Positions 1 to 14,311 of a stretch of DNA of 64,000 nt are shown piece after piece. The stretch lies in NCBI RefSeq assembly GCF_009914755.1, contig NC_060947.1; one strand, given 5' to 3'. This stretch comes from the human T2T-CHM13v2.0 reference genome, Homo sapiens. Within the stretch, counting starts at the first letter, position 1, and each line of letters opens with the position of its first letter. A model generated the notes under the pieces. It had not been told where the DNA came from, did not search any database, and saw only the letters and a list, made by a program, of their open reading frames with translations. The translations under genes and the position numbers were made by a program.

Positions 1-796
1 GGTCCTCCAAGAATCAGAGACCAAGATATGATTATTCATATAAGAAATTTATTGAAGGCCGGGCACGGTGGCTCACACCTGTAATTCCAGCACTTTGGGA
101 GGCCGAGGTGGGCGGATCACGAGGTCAGGAGTTCGAGACCAGCCTGACCAACATGGTGAAACCCCATCTCTACTAAAACTACAAAAATTAGCCAGGCGCG
201 GTAGTGCGCACCTGTGATCCCAGCTACTCAGGAGGCTGAGGCAGGAGAATCGCTTGAACCTGTGGAGGTGGGGGTTGCAGTGAGCCGAGATCGCACCATT
301 GCACTCCAGCGTGGGTGACAGAGTGGGACTCCGTCTTAAAAAAAAAAAAAAAGAAAGAAAGAAAGAAATTTATTGAGAGAACTACCTGTGATAGAAAATG
401 GGGAAGGAGCTGAAAGAATCTGGGAGAACTGCCAAACTACAATGCAGAACTGGCTCTGGATGAAAGGGAAGGGTAAAGAAGGAAGAATTAAATAAAGGTT
501 GGGAGAGAAAGCATTCTAGACTTCATTGTGGTTTAAGAGACTTCTGAAAGGTCGTTGGAGAGTCCTTGAGCCAAAATCCCCTATCAGAGCAGCCCTGCAT
601 GTCTTAGAAATGGACCTGTCTTAGAATCTCTGCTGTGCTCAATTGTTTATTGGCTAGAAGCAACCCTTAGGAAGAGTGGTCTGTGCACAGCACAAGTACT
701 GTGATGGATTTCTAAGTGCTACAATTGGGCCGCAGGTCAGTTACACTCTCTTCCATCAGAGATATAAGAAGCACATTTTCATGGCACTATGCATGG
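1..796. mobile_element. Old MaLR (MLT1-type) LTR relic interrupted by an Alu
   Basis: MLT1-like text (…aagaaatttattgagagaactacctgtg…) is continuous across the Alu TSD. Confidence 0.45.
57..362 (+). mobile_element. Alu (AluS-type)
   Basis: GGCCGGGC start, dimeric body, A/GAAA tail; TSD AAGAAATTTATTGA at 42-55 and 363-376. Confidence 0.97.
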
Positions 797-1173
797 TGTA
801 TTAGTCCATTCTCACACTGCTATGAAAAAATATCCGAAACTGGGTAATTTATAAAGAAAAGAGGTTTAATTGACTCACAGTTCCACATTGCTGGGGAGGT
901 CTCAGGAAACTTACAATTATGGTGGAAGGCAAAGGAGAAGCAGGCACCTTCTTCACAGGGCAGCAGGACGAAGTGAGTGCAAGCAGGGGAAATGCTGTAT
1001 GCTTATAAAACCATCAGATCTCATGAGACTCTCTCATTATCATGAGAACAGCATGTGGGAAATGGTCCCCATGATCCCATTACCTCCACCTGCCCCCACC
1101 CTTGACATGTACGGGTTATGGGGATTACAACTGAAGATGAGATTTTGGGTGGGGACACAGGCAAACCATATCA
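797..1173 (-). mobile_element. MaLR solo LTR (THE1/MST family)
   Basis: tgtattagtccattctcac…aaaccatatca termini; imperfect 5-bp TSD catgg/aatgg. Confidence 0.9.
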
Positions 1174-1805
1174 AATGGCAACATATATTTATATATTTGT
1201 AGGTCATTTTAGCAATAGTTTTTACATTTGGAATGTTCATTTCCTTTCACATGGCAGTTCTACCTCTAAGAATTTATCCTTCAGAAATATACAACTATAT
1301 ATATACATGATGACTTACATGGACTCTCATTCAGCTAATGACTTGCTGCTGAAACATGGAAATCTGATTTTTAAAAATATAAAATAAGTAAAAATATAAA
1401 TAAATTAAAATAAAATAAATTTTTAAAATAATTACACGACTGTAAAAATCTATGAAAAGTAATGATTATTGCATCATCATCATGGGTCATTGTTGAAAAT
1501 TAGAAACAATTTAAAAGTTAATCAATAGCGGACTGGGAAAAAAATAACATAGCATTGAATATGATATTGTCAGGATATATGTACATTGAAAGGAATACAT
1601 GAGATAGTATTGAGCAATAACGGATTACAAATAGGATGTCTCCTGTGAACTTTCATGTCTATGAAAAAGAAAGTAAACCAAGTAAGTGGAATAAAAGTGC
1701 TCATCTTTCTGAATATAAGCTGAAATTCTAGCTCAATATTTTGTCTCATAAAGAAAATGAAACATAAAATTTTTCCCATAGTAGAGAACCCTTCTTAATT
1801 ACTTT

Positions 1806-2193
1806 CTTTTATTATTATTATTATTATACTTTAAGTTCTGGGGTACATGTGCAGAACGTCCAGGTTTGTTACATACGTATACACGTGCCATGGTGGTTTG
1901 CTTCACCCATCAACCCACCATCTACATTAGGTGTTTCTCCTAATGCTATTTCTCCCCTAGCCCCCCACCCCCCGACAGGCCCCAGTGTGTGATGTTCCCC
2001 TCCCTGTATCCATGTGTTCTCATTGTTCAACTCCAACTTATGAGTGAGAACATGCGGTGTTTGGTTTTCTGGTCTTGTGTTAGTTAGCTGAGAATGATGG
2101 TTTCCAGCTTCATCCATGTCCCTGCAAAGGACATGAACTCATCCTTTTTTATGGCTGCATAGTATTCCACGGTGTATATGTGCCACATTTTCT
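1806..2193 (-). mobile_element. 5'-truncated L1PA 3' end (about L1PA7-8)
   Basis: ttattatactttaagttctggggtacatgtgcag L1 3'UTR; TSD ttaattacttt at 1795-1805 and 2194-2204. Confidence 0.93.
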
Positions 2194-2333
2194 TTAATTA
2201 CTTTATTTTGAACAACTACTTGGAAAAAATACATAAATCTAAAATGGCCTTAATCAATGTTAGTTTTGTATGTTAATAGAAATTATCAGCCAGAATTTAT
2301 AAGAAAAAAAGGAAGACAAAAAATCAACACTGA

Positions 2334-2640
<307 letters not shown>

Positions 2641-3432
2641 AATCAACACTAATTTTTAAATTATCATCTGTGAAGACAGATGACCTCACAATTACGGATT
2701 TTGGATACCAAGTATAAACAACCCTTTTCAAGGCTACTTTAGAAACAAATATATGATAAGTGGTTTTATTAGGGATTTTATCATGAATAACAGATACATA
2801 CTTGTAACTTGGGATAAAATTTTGAGTGATATGTGGATTCAAAAAGTGCTTTCTTTAAAATATCTTAGATAGAAGTGATTATGTTGTATTCTAGAAAAGT
2901 GTCAGATCTCTCCAGAAAAAAATCTTCAGTGATGATAGTAACGAATGTTAAATTCAACAGTAAAATATGAATAAAATTGTTTTATAAAACATGAGAAAGA
3001 TATAACATTATATTATACCTAAATCTGCACTGTGTGTTTATTGTCCAAACCAATGGATTCGGTGCTCTAAAGGATAATAGAGAGAAGTGTGAAAGACAAC
3101 TTACCCCAAAGGGCATACTATATTGTTGGATCATCAGAAACATTCATGAATTTTTTAAATATATATTTGTAATTAATTTAATCAACATTTGCAAAGTAAA
3201 TAGGGATATATCATCTTATTTAATTGCCATTTACATAATTTTCTATATTCAAGTTAGCCATATATTCTTGAAAAAAAAGTTCTCCTTAAGAAAATAGAAA
3301 CATTTCTTATATTCAAAATTATCTTATAATTGAATATATATGGAAAATGCCCCAGCCCTTCAGGAATCTGCTTCATTTCTCATATGGACGGAAGAATAAG
3401 GTTGAAAGGCTTTTTTTTGCTGTTATTATTGT

Positions 3433-3922
3433 TTATACCTGTTTACTATTGCTACCAAAACATATCACAAAGCCAGTGGCTTAAAATAGCACAACGTATT
3501 ATACACCTCTGTAGGTCATAAACACAACTCACTGAGCTAAAATCAAGGCATCGTCATCAGGGCTGCATTCCTTTCTGAAGGCTATAGGGGAGAATCCATT
3601 TTCTTGCCTTCTCTGGCTTCTAGAAGCCATCTACATTCCTTGGTTCATGGCCCTCCTCCTCCACCTTCAAAGCCAGCAACATCAAACTTACTTCTCACAC
3701 TACCATCTTTGGTTCTCTGCAGCTGGAAAAGGTTCTCTGCTTTAAAAGACTCATGAAATTAGATAGGATTTACCTGGATAATCCAGAATAATCTTCCCAT
3801 TACAAGCTTCTTAACCTGAATCACAGATGCAAAATCCCTTTTGCCATGCAAAGTAGTATATTAACAGGTTCGGAGGAGTAGGACACATATATCTTTCAGG
3901 GTCCATTATTCTGCTTTCCACA
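3433..3922 (-). mobile_element. MLT1 (MLT1C/D-like) LTR
   Basis: gggctgcattcctttctgaaggctataggggagaatcc…attattctgctttccaca motifs. Confidence 0.8.
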
Positions 3923-4159
3923 CTTTTACTTAAAAATGAAACTTAAATCAGTTATCAATTCATGTTATTTTCAGATTCATGTCAATAGAAAAACATATCA
4001 ACAAATCTGCATTGTGTGCTTATTATGCAAACCAATGGATTGGGTGCTATAAAGTATAATAGAGAGAATTGTAAAAGAGATCTTACCCTAAAGAGCATTC
4101 TACATTTTTGCATCATTCATGAAAAGACAATTAACGATAAAAGCCTATGTGCTAAGTGT

Positions 4160-5000
4160 CAAATTCATGTGTTAAACAATATTTATTGAGTATCTACTAT
4201 GCTTTTCTAAGCTCTGATAATACAATGAAAGAAAACACAATGTCTCTACCTTCATGAAGCTTATTTTCATGTAAAAAAAGAAACTATGAAAAGAAAAGAA
4301 AATTTGGGGACCCCAAACTCACTATGCCAAAGGGAAAAGTTAAGCTTGGGAGATGGGTCACGCAAAAACTGCCTTTTGTTCCTAAACAGATAGCTGCAAC
4401 AATAGAAGGCCACATATCTCCCAGGGGGCCTCCTTTACAAATTGCTCACAAGGAAATTCCTGTGGGCCCCAAAAATCTTTACCCTAAAGCAGAGTTATGT
4501 TGAATATCACCCTGACAGTACAAATTAACAACTTGTGTTCACAGGTGTGGCACAAAGACAAGACTGGCAATCATCCCTCCATGCACCCTAAGAAAAATAC
4601 ACATTTGACTTTTTCTTCCCTATGTTTACTTTATCTTATGTAAAATGCAGATTTACTGAGAGTGAGATAAATGCATAATTGACTATTCCTCTTTTCCTTC
4701 CTGCCCACTCTCCCCTTTCAATACTGAAGTTCTCAAACTCTCTTTGGAGAAAGCACTGGGCTACAGATTTTACTCAGGCACGTCCAGAACCTTGGCAAAA
4801 TAAACCTCCAAATTGATTGAGATCTGTCTCAGACCCTTTTTGGTTTACAAATTTAATAGCTATACTGTAATATCAAGCAGGAATAAGTGCTATGGAGGAA
4901 AATAAAGTAGGTTAAGGGGATAGAAGAGATGGAATAGCTATTCCAAAAAGGTTAGTAGTCCTCTTTGAAAGCTGAATGAAAGAATGAATGAATGAGTGTT
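4160..5000 (-). mobile_element. L2 fragment split by an LTR
   Basis: aacaatatttattgagtatctactatg and aataagtgctatggaggaaaataaag L2 3' motifs. Confidence 0.55.
4287..4849 (+). mobile_element. ERV1 MER4-family solo LTR
   Basis: tgaaaagaaaagaaaatttggggaccccaaactcac start; AATAAA; …tttttggtttaca end. Confidence 0.8.
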
Positions 5001-5124
5001 ACAGAGAAATACTGTATGACTTCACAGTACAGCAGTGATCTCTCTTGACTAGAGTAATCCCAAAGACTTCATATTAAAAAATAGAACATACATCTTTGGA
5101 GGGTAAGTAGGGTTTTAGTAAGTA

Positions 5125-5292
5125 GAGCAATATTTCTCATTGTGCTATATGTATCATCTTCATCAGAATCCACTGCTAAAGTTGTGGATTCTCAGGTGCC
5201 ACCAACAGACCTACTAAATCAGAACCTCTGTGGATGGAGCTTAGGGATGTAACCAGGTGATTCTTACCTACACTGAATTATGAAAAAACATC
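5125..5292. mobile_element. MER5-type hAT-Charlie MITE
   Basis: cagacctactaaatcagaacctctg…caggtgattctta motifs. Confidence 0.65.
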
Positions 5293-5396
5293 ACAACAGA
5301 GTCTTTTTTTTTTTAACTGTAACTCGCTTTTATTTGCTAAAATACTCATTTCTAGCTACGAGGCAATTTATGACAAAAGCCCCAAACTTCCAGGAG

Positions 5397-6340
5397 TTTT
5401 TGTTTTTGTTTTTTATTATACTTTAAGTTCTAGGGTACATGTGCACAACATGCAGGTTAGTTACATATGTATACGTGTGCCATGTTGGTGTGCTGCACCC
5501 ATTAACTCGTCATTTACATTAGGTACATCTCCTAATGCTATCCCTCCCCGCTCTCCCCACCCCACGACAGGCCCCAGTGTGTGATGTTCCCCTTCCTGTG
5601 TCCAAGTGTTCTCATTGTTCAATTCCCACCTATGAGTGAGAACATGCGGTGTTTGGTTTTCTGTCCTTGTGATAGTTTGCTGAGAATGATGGTTTCCAGC
5701 TTCATCCATGTCCCTACAAAGGACATGAACTCATCCTTTTTTATGGCTGCATAGTATTCCATGATGTATATGTGCCACATTTTCTTAATCTAGTCTATCA
5801 CTGATGGGCATTTGGGTTGGTTCCAAATCTTTGCTATTGTGAATAGTGCCGCAATAAACATACGTGTGCATGTGTCTTTATAGCAGCATGATTTATAATA
5901 TCTTGGGTATATACCCAGTAATGGGATGGCTGGGTCTATAATTCTAGAAATACCATTTGAGGAATCAACACACTGTCTTCCACAATGGCTGAACTAGTTT
6001 ACAGTCCCACCAACAGTGTAAAAGTGTTCCTATTTCTCTACATCCTCTCCAGTACCTGTTGTTTCCTGAATTTTTAATGATCGCCATTCTAACTGGTGTG
6101 AGATGGTATCTCATTGTGGTTTTGATTTGCATTTCTCTGATGGCCAGTGATGATGAGCATTTTTTCATGTGTCTGTTGGCTGCATAAATGTCTTCTTTTG
6201 AGAAGTGTCTGTTCATATCCTTTGCCCACTTTTTGATGGGGTTGTTTGATTTTTTCCTTGTAAATTTGTTTAAGTTCTTTGTAGATTCTGGCTATTAGCC
6301 CTTTGTCAGATGGGTAGATTGCAAAAAATTTTCTCCCATT
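5397..6340 (-). mobile_element. 5'-truncated L1PA (about L1PA4-6) carrying a 3' transduction
   Basis: L1 3'UTR plus ORF2 C-terminal peptide ([14 protein letters not shown]…, 5965-6216); TSD acagagtctt at 5296-5305 and 6345-6354. Confidence 0.95.
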
Positions 6341-7386
6341 CAAGACAGAGTCTTAAACCACTAAAACTTAAAAGAAAACTGCACTGTCCCTTCCTGACAG
6401 CAACATGTAGCCCATGCCATGCCTGGGAGGATTAGCGAGTAGACTAAACTGGTGAAACAGGTGGTCAAAACTAGAAGGATGTTTTCTACCAGGCTGAGAA
6501 GTTTAAACTCTTTAAAGACCAGTGAACCATCAAGTATTAATGATCAGGTAATTAACGTAAAAAGCAATATTTTAGGTCTATTAGCAATATTTAGGACTAT
6601 TAGTCGTGACATGTACAGGATGGACTGTAAGTGAAGGTATCAATAATGAGGAAAAGTATGATAAATCTATGGCAGTGGTACACACTTGAGGCATTACGCA
6701 TCAGAGCCAGGTTAACTTCAATAATAATCAAAGGGGAAGAACAGATATGGAGGACATTATGAGGTAAGTAAAAATGAGACATTGTAATTGTTTTGATTGG
6801 GAGAATGAGGAAGAGTCAGAAATGACTCAGATTTTGAACACAGATAACTGGCTAAATGGGTTTGCTGATTATTATGGAACACCATTACCTAGCTTGATGG
6901 GACAATACTCATAAATGATTATATAATAGTATAGGAGAAAAAAGCTATTACCTTCTTCCTGCAATTTTTCTAAATTTGCCAGTAATCAAAGAAATATGAT
7001 TAGAGCCCTCTCTTGTACTTCTACCCAAGTTAACACGTGAAATAACTTCCAGCATTTGGGAATCAATGTGCAAGAAAAAAACACCTTAATATTGAAGAAA
7101 ACTGGAACTAGTCCTTTATAGCAACTGTTACTAATTTATTAGCTGAGGAGTAAGTAGAATGTAATTATAGCTTTATGATTGTCAGTATCAGTAGCATTTT
7201 GGAGAAAACCTGTAGTACTTCATGTTTGTTTCTTCAGTTATAGCACATACACTTAAACACAATCACACACTAAGAAATAATTACTATTGTTTAGCAAATG
7301 ATAGTAATTATGTCTTTCAATTATTTTTAATTTAAAAATTATGTATTTCAGTCACCTAGTAATCCATGTAAAGTAAACCTCATTAA

Positions 7387-7699
<313 letters not shown>

Positions 7700-7852
7700 A
7701 AAATAAAACTTTTTAAAGGTTGAAGTACACATTTTTCTAAACCAAGATATAGTAGGATACTCAAAGATAAGAAACAGGTAACTAGTGATTAGAGTATTCC
7801 ATGCATTTTAAATGAAATCAACTAGGAATGTGAAGAATATGTTCTTTAACAT

Positions 7853-8017
7853 TCTCTGTGTGTGTGTTGGTAGGGGGGGCTTTCTACACTTATACACATA
7901 CGCATAGAGATATATGCATATATGTATCTGAAAAAAATGAGCAGAGATTTAATACACATATAATTTGAGTTCCATATATATAGAGAGAGAGAAAGAGAGA
8001 GAGCGAGAGAGAGTGTG
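7853..8017. repeat. Mixed TG/TA/GA microsatellite patch
   Basis: Visible dinucleotide runs. Confidence 0.7.
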
Positions 8018-8399
8018 TTCACCACATTAATGCCTTTGGAATTATCTGTGTGTATCAAAACACATTTGGCAACATGTTGTTACTATTCTAGAAAACTACC
8101 ATATCTGTTTTCACATCTCGTTTTTTCCACAAATATAGTTTACTTTGTCCACTTTATTTTGAAGAAAAATCTCTCTCTTCCCATAATTTTCTACTTGGAG
8201 AGAAATAGCTAACAACTAGAAGAAGCAAAACTACATCCTACATTTTCTTCTGAGGTCAAACCCACTGAGCAACTGAAGTTGGTATTATTGGGTTTTCATG
8301 TGATTACTTGTCTTCTCATGTGAAACATGAATACACAAAAGGGAGAATGGGTTCAGCTTCCTGTAATGGCCAAGTGTCTCCTTTCAGAGCAATCCTTGT

Positions 8400-9420
8400 A
8401 CAAATAACACCACCAATTCTGAATAATTTTTTTAATTAAGGCATTGGATTATGATTGAAAGCAAGCAGGAACTGGAGAGGATTTGACAGTCATGAGGAAG
8501 TAAAGGTATGAGGTGAGATTTCTTTTTCTTTTAATAGCTTTTAGCCTTATGGCAGGCCCCAATCTGTGCCCAGCCTTGTGGATAATGCCCTGATAGAAAT
8601 GCTGTAGTCTAATAGGCTTGAAAAATGAGAGAAAGGAGTTCTGGGCAATCACAGCTACTGACAGTGAAGGAAAAAATTCACAGGAAAAAGGGAGCCAGGA
8701 AGGGAGATGAACATGTATTATGAATAGTCTCTGCCTAAATCTCTGGCTGACCCTTGAACTATACAAGGGTGAGGTAGACTACAAGGAGCTAAGCCAAAAT
8801 AACTAAATTGAGATCTGAGCTGCCTACACACCAAGGGAGAGACATTGTTCACATTACGAGTTCGGCGAAGTTAAGAGGTTTTTTTTAATGAACATTCTTT
8901 AGGAAAACATAAAAATAAAAACCAGAATCTTCACAAGATTTACAACTTCCAGGTACAATTCAAAATACTTAGAATATGAAGAATCAGAGAAAAAATTATC
9001 AATTTCAAAAAAAGGAAAATTAATGGAAACCAACCTCAAGATTTTGTAACTATGTAATAACTATAAAACCCTAAGATTTTATAACACAGCTTTTATAACT
9101 ATGATCAGGGATATAAAGAAAATACGCTTGTTATGAATGAAAGGAAATCTTAGCAGAAATATAGAAACTATAAAATGAACAAAGAGGAACTTCTACTTTA
9201 AAAAGTAGCTTAAATAAAATAAATTGTTTAATAGGGTTAACAGCAAAATGGAAACATCAAAGGGAAAAAAAGGCAAGAAATTTGAAGATAGATAAATAGA
9301 AATTATCCTGTTTGAAAAACGGGAAAAAAGATGATTGAAAAAAAATGAGCAGAGACTTAATACACGTATAATTTGAATTCCATAAAAAGACAAGAGAAAA
9401 TGGAAGAAAAAAAGATATTT
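8400..9420 (+). mobile_element. Ancient L1M 5'/ORF1-region relic
   Basis: A-rich text with L1 ORF1-like motifs (gaatttgaagatagataaatagaaattatcc…aaaaaatgagcagagactt). Confidence 0.55.
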
Positions 9421-9741
9421 TAAAAGCTTTGTTTATGCAAAGGAGTAACTTTGATTTTAGATGCTTATTTAAATCTCCTTAAATTTAGCTGTTCTTGCAA
9501 ATATTTGGGAAATCTGGTTTTTAAATGGTGATGTAAAGATAGAATTTTTTATTTTAACCTTCTGAAAATCACCCACAAATAAAAGGAGAATGAGGAAATA
9601 AAAAAGCAAATTCATTTTTTGATGAAATCACTGAACATCTGGAATCCTTAATCACAATTGACAAAGAACGGCTTCATATACATTTAAGGATAAACAGTGG
9701 CACAGGAAGACAGCAAGAGCGGATGCACATAACCATGGAAC

Positions 9742-10043
9742 TTTCTTTTTTTAGATGGAGTTTTGCTCTATCACCCAGGCTGGTGTGCAGTGGCACGATA
9801 TTGGCTCACTGCAACCTCCTCCTCCCAGGTTCAAGTGATTCTCTCGCCTCAGTCTCACGAGTAGCTAGGACTATAGGCGCTGGCCACTACACCCAGATAA
9901 TTTTTTCCTTTTTTGGATTTTTGGTAGACACAGGGTTTCACCATTTTTGCCAGGCTGGTCTCAAACTCCTGACCTCAAGTGATCTGCCCGCCTTGGCCTC
10001 CCAAAGTGCTGGGATTACAGGCATGAGCCACCGCACACAGCCC
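9742..10043 (-). mobile_element. Alu
   Basis: Reverse Alu body; TSD ccatggaact. Confidence 0.95.
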
Positions 10044-10322
10044 CATGCCCATGGAACTCTGATGAAGCCCACAGATCATAGTTCTCCGAAATATGTAGCA
10101 CATTCTCAAGGACAAAACTAACACTTATTTTTTATACAAAAACTATCCTGTGATTTGAATACATAGTTTGAAATTATGTTCTAGGTACATTTTAAATTAC
10201 TTACCTTGAGGGTGCCTTTTGAGAAAACGTTGAAGAAAATAATATATTAGTGATTCTTTGGAGCTCACTTCTAATTTGAAGGGATTTAGTTCATTTTTTT
10301 CATTCCAATAAAAATGAAAATA

Positions 10323-10680
<358 letters not shown>

Positions 10681-11038
10681 CTACACTACCTCCAGATGGT
10701 CACTAAGGAGATCAATTTTCTCAGTTATAGCAGTTTAAAATGTCATCTTATTAGAATACAATACAAAAAAGTTCCCTTACCAGATTATCAATTAGCTGAC
10801 TTGGGAAAATAATAAGTGTTCTCTATTTCCTCTATAAAGCATTCTAACTGATGCCCAGCACAGGCTAGATACTCACTGCTAGTTGGCTGTACTCATTACC
10901 TTCACAGGCTTCTCCTTCCACCATATGAATTTGATGCTTACCAAGAGTCTGTTGAGTTTATTCCAAAACTTATTTATGCCAGTTGTACATGTTAATGTGT
11001 TAAGTAATTTAAGGCAATATTGCGTAAAATGATAAGAT

Positions 11039-11400
11039 ATGAATGCAAAATCAGAGTTGTTCTTTCCATAAAAACTAATTTGAATGCTTTGAAAAATATT
11101 ACTAAAAGTACATCTTTAAACATTGCCTTTGAATTTGGTGTAGATGAGAATTGCAAATATAAGGAAAATTTATTAACATCTTAAAAATTTCTAAACTCAG
11201 ACTGCTTGCCAATTTTCTTTAAGTCCCCTATTCACTTTAAATACACTCAAATTGTAAAAAATAAATTATTTGATTTATATATTTTTTTGAATAGTTTTTT
11301 GAATTATTTGAATTAATTTTTTTGAATTATATTCATGTAAGAATAATGTGAAACACAAATGATTGATTTATATACTCAAAGGAAAAGCCCTATGTTAAAA
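11039..11400 (+). mobile_element. Tigger/pogo-family transposase relic (CENP-B-type N-terminal HTH)
   Basis: 11053-11163 translates to RVVLSIKTNLNALKNITKSTSLNIAFEFGVDENCKYK, resembling the Tigger/Jerky HTH pattern. Confidence 0.55.
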
Positions 11401-11804
11401 AGAAAAGCCAAATATATATTTAATATTTTAAACATTTATGGCACAGTCCATCATTTTTATGTTTCCTCAATTTTGCTTACTTAAAAGAAAAACAGAAACC
11501 AAGAAACTACTACCATGACATAGGAGACAAAAAGAAAGATTTATCAATGCCCTTTGATGTGTTATTAGCCATAAAGCTACTGTTACCAGACAGAATTCTG
11601 GAGAAGAACTATTGTATTATCCATATCCCCCATTCAATACTATTTTAATAACATAAAATATGTGCTTTTCAAAATGGAGAAGTCATGTGAATAAATATAA
11701 TTTTCAATTATCATTGTCCAACTCCACTTTTCTCCTATCAGCATTTTATTATTATAATTTAATTTGGCATGATGATAATAGTAAACAGCTTGTGTAGAAA
11801 GCTT

Positions 11805-11905
11805 TATAATCATCATCATGATAGCTAGCATTTATAGAGCCTTTACTATACGCCAGGCACCTTGCTAAGTACTTTATAGGAATAAGCGCCTTTAATTTTC
11901 GCAAC
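11805..11905 (-). mobile_element. MIR fragment
   Basis: atagctagcatttatagagcctttactatacgccaggcac. Confidence 0.6.
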
Positions 11906-13049
11906 TCTCAAACTAACTTTCAATTGAAAGTTATTGAAACGAAAAAAACTGTCATTGAATAGCCTATAAGGCCTACTTTTGTATCAATATATATAATAAT
12001 GAGTCATCTCAGTACCTATTTCCTGAGTAAGTAATCCAGTATAATATAAATATCCTGCTGTTTGGGGAAGAAAACAATGCAAAGTAATGAACGTTCTTAG
12101 GCTTAAAAAAGTAAGCACATTCCAAAGAGTAGTATCTATCTTCTTTAATCGAATGCATGGAATAACCAAATTTAAGACCAAAGATAAAATTAAGGAAATG
12201 TATTTCACCAAAGGATAATTATAGTTCTATTACCAATTCATTAATTCATATTGATTCACATATTATTCCTACTTATTATGTAATTTATTTTAAGAATATG
12301 TGGTAAAATTTACAATCTTACAAGATCTAGTTCCCAAAAGTTATAGAACATTCCATTCATTGTATTGGGTTAATTTCTACTGAAATCAGGCCTTTCCCCT
12401 AAACATGTAAAACTACTTTCTCAAATTTTCTTGAACATTTAATCTGAACAAGCCCTTTATATACATACTTATTTAATCTTAAAAAAAACTGAAAGGGCAG
12501 GTAGACTATTCTTTCCAATTAAATCATAAGAAAATTGAATTTGGAAGAATTTAGGACACTTGCTGGGGAACACACAATTAATAAGTATGGGAGTCTAACA
12601 TAATAGGACATTGAAAAGGACTTCCCTTGTTGTCTTGGGATTGTCCACTAGAACTCACAGCTAAAAAAAGATTTAAAAAATACTAAGGCACTACATATCT
12701 TATTCTAAAATGAGCTTCCAACGAGCTACCCAGACATGCATCCAGGTATCACATTGCAAGGTTTTCTAATTGGTGTCCCAACTCACCCATACCATAATCA
12801 ACCAGTGCCCTACTACTTCACTCTGGTATATAAGGAGAGCACCAGGGAAGGTAGAGTGCTCATCAAAGTGATTCCTCTGCCTCCTTGTAATAGGAGGGAA
12901 GAGGCGTTTTTTTCCTCTTGAAACCATATAATGTGGTGTTCCAAGAGAAAATATTTATAAAATGTAGGATGCATGCATGTAAGACTAGAGAGACATTTTG
13001 TTCCCTGGCTAGATAATTGCTTAGGCAACAGGCTTGCTATTATGCCCCT

Positions 13050-13461
13050 TGTCAAAAGAAAAAAACTACAACAAATTTGGTTTAAAGATCAAACTGACTT
13101 TTACCTGCAATTTGAGAATCTGGTAACATCTCACTCTATAAAATAGAATGAGTGTTCCAATGAGCTGAGCAGAGGAGGTTGGCTTTATAGGCAGAAAAGG
13201 GCTGAAGAAGCAGAAACAGAACAAAAAGTGAGTTGGTCCTTTTGAAGTTACTGTCTTTACAGGTTAAAATAAAGGCGACTTTCTTATTATGTTGACTCTG
13301 GTTGACTAGACTCTCATTTTTCAGAAAAACTGGCCCGTTTCAAAGTTCAGTTTGATTAGCACTTAGCACAAGTGACTCCATTCTGGTTTGGTCTGGTCTG
13401 ACTGGGACCTAGCACAGGAGGCTAATCCAAAACAATGGCTTCCCATAAACTTTGTTTCCCA
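13050..13461 (-). mobile_element. ERV1 solo LTR (MER67-like)
   Basis: gtgactccattctggtttggtctggtctg…caaaacaatggcttcccataaact motifs. Confidence 0.65.
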
Positions 13462-13869
13462 CCCTATACCTATCTGATCAGGAAAATAAAGAGAGACTTA
13501 AAGGAAGAAATTAAAGAAGAGATGGCAGTGGAGCAGCCTGTACTTCCTACAGCTCAACACAGAAATAACACCTGAGTATGTATAGTTTAAGTGGTTATCA
13601 AGGACAGAAGCTGGCGTGGGTTCTTCAGTGAACCACTGTGTGAAGAATTTAATAGGCGATACAAGTGGTTGAGAACTGTGCAGCGGGGAAGTCCCAAGAG
13701 TCCTCAAAAATACTCATATGTGCACTCCATAAAAGAGTCAGCATTTGGGTGTCTATTACACAGAAGGCATAGAGAGCCAGTGTTTGATAGTCAGAAAATC
13801 AGCAACAACAACAATTGCTAAAATGCATATGTTGACATTTTAACCTTGTGCCCTTCTAAAAGAAACCTC

Positions 13870-14148
13870 AGCCTGGGTGTAGTGGCTCACGCCTGTAATC
13901 CCAATACTTTGGGAAGCTGAGGTGGGTGGATCACTTGACGTCAGGAGTTTAAGACCAGCCTGGCCAATGTGGTGAAGCCCCGTCTCTACTAAGAAAGATA
14001 CAAAAATTAGCCAGGCCTGGTGGTGGGCACCTGTAATCTCAGCTACTTGGGAGAGGCGGAGGTTGCATTGAGCCAAGATCCCACCACTGCACTGCAGCCT
14101 GGGTGACAGAGAGAGACTCCGTCTCAAAAAAAAAAAAAAAAAAAAAAA
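13870..14148 (+). mobile_element. Alu with a ~30-bp right-arm deletion, inserted in an MLT1 LTR
   Basis: TSD aaagaaac(c/t)tcag; lacks gctgaggcaggagaatcgcttgaaccc. Confidence 0.93.
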
Positions 14149-14311
14149 GAAACTTCAGAGAATTCCTTTTCTCCTTCCCCCATGTGAGGACACAGTAAGA
14201 AGGCAGTCTGCAGCCTAAAAGAAGGCACTCATCAGAACCTGATCATGCTGGCACCTTCATCTCATCTGGTCTGTGGTATGATGTTATTGCAGTCTAAATG
14301 AACTAAGACAA
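14149..14311 (+). mobile_element. MLT1A/B-like LTR fragment
   Basis: ccatgtgaggacacagtaagaaggc…aactaagaca. Confidence 0.7.

Noticed and set aside
1869-2117. Repeated 82-aa ORF MDEAGNHHS… (also at 5461 and 63135) as a gene family
   Set aside because: It is an alternative-frame translation of the L1PA 3' end.
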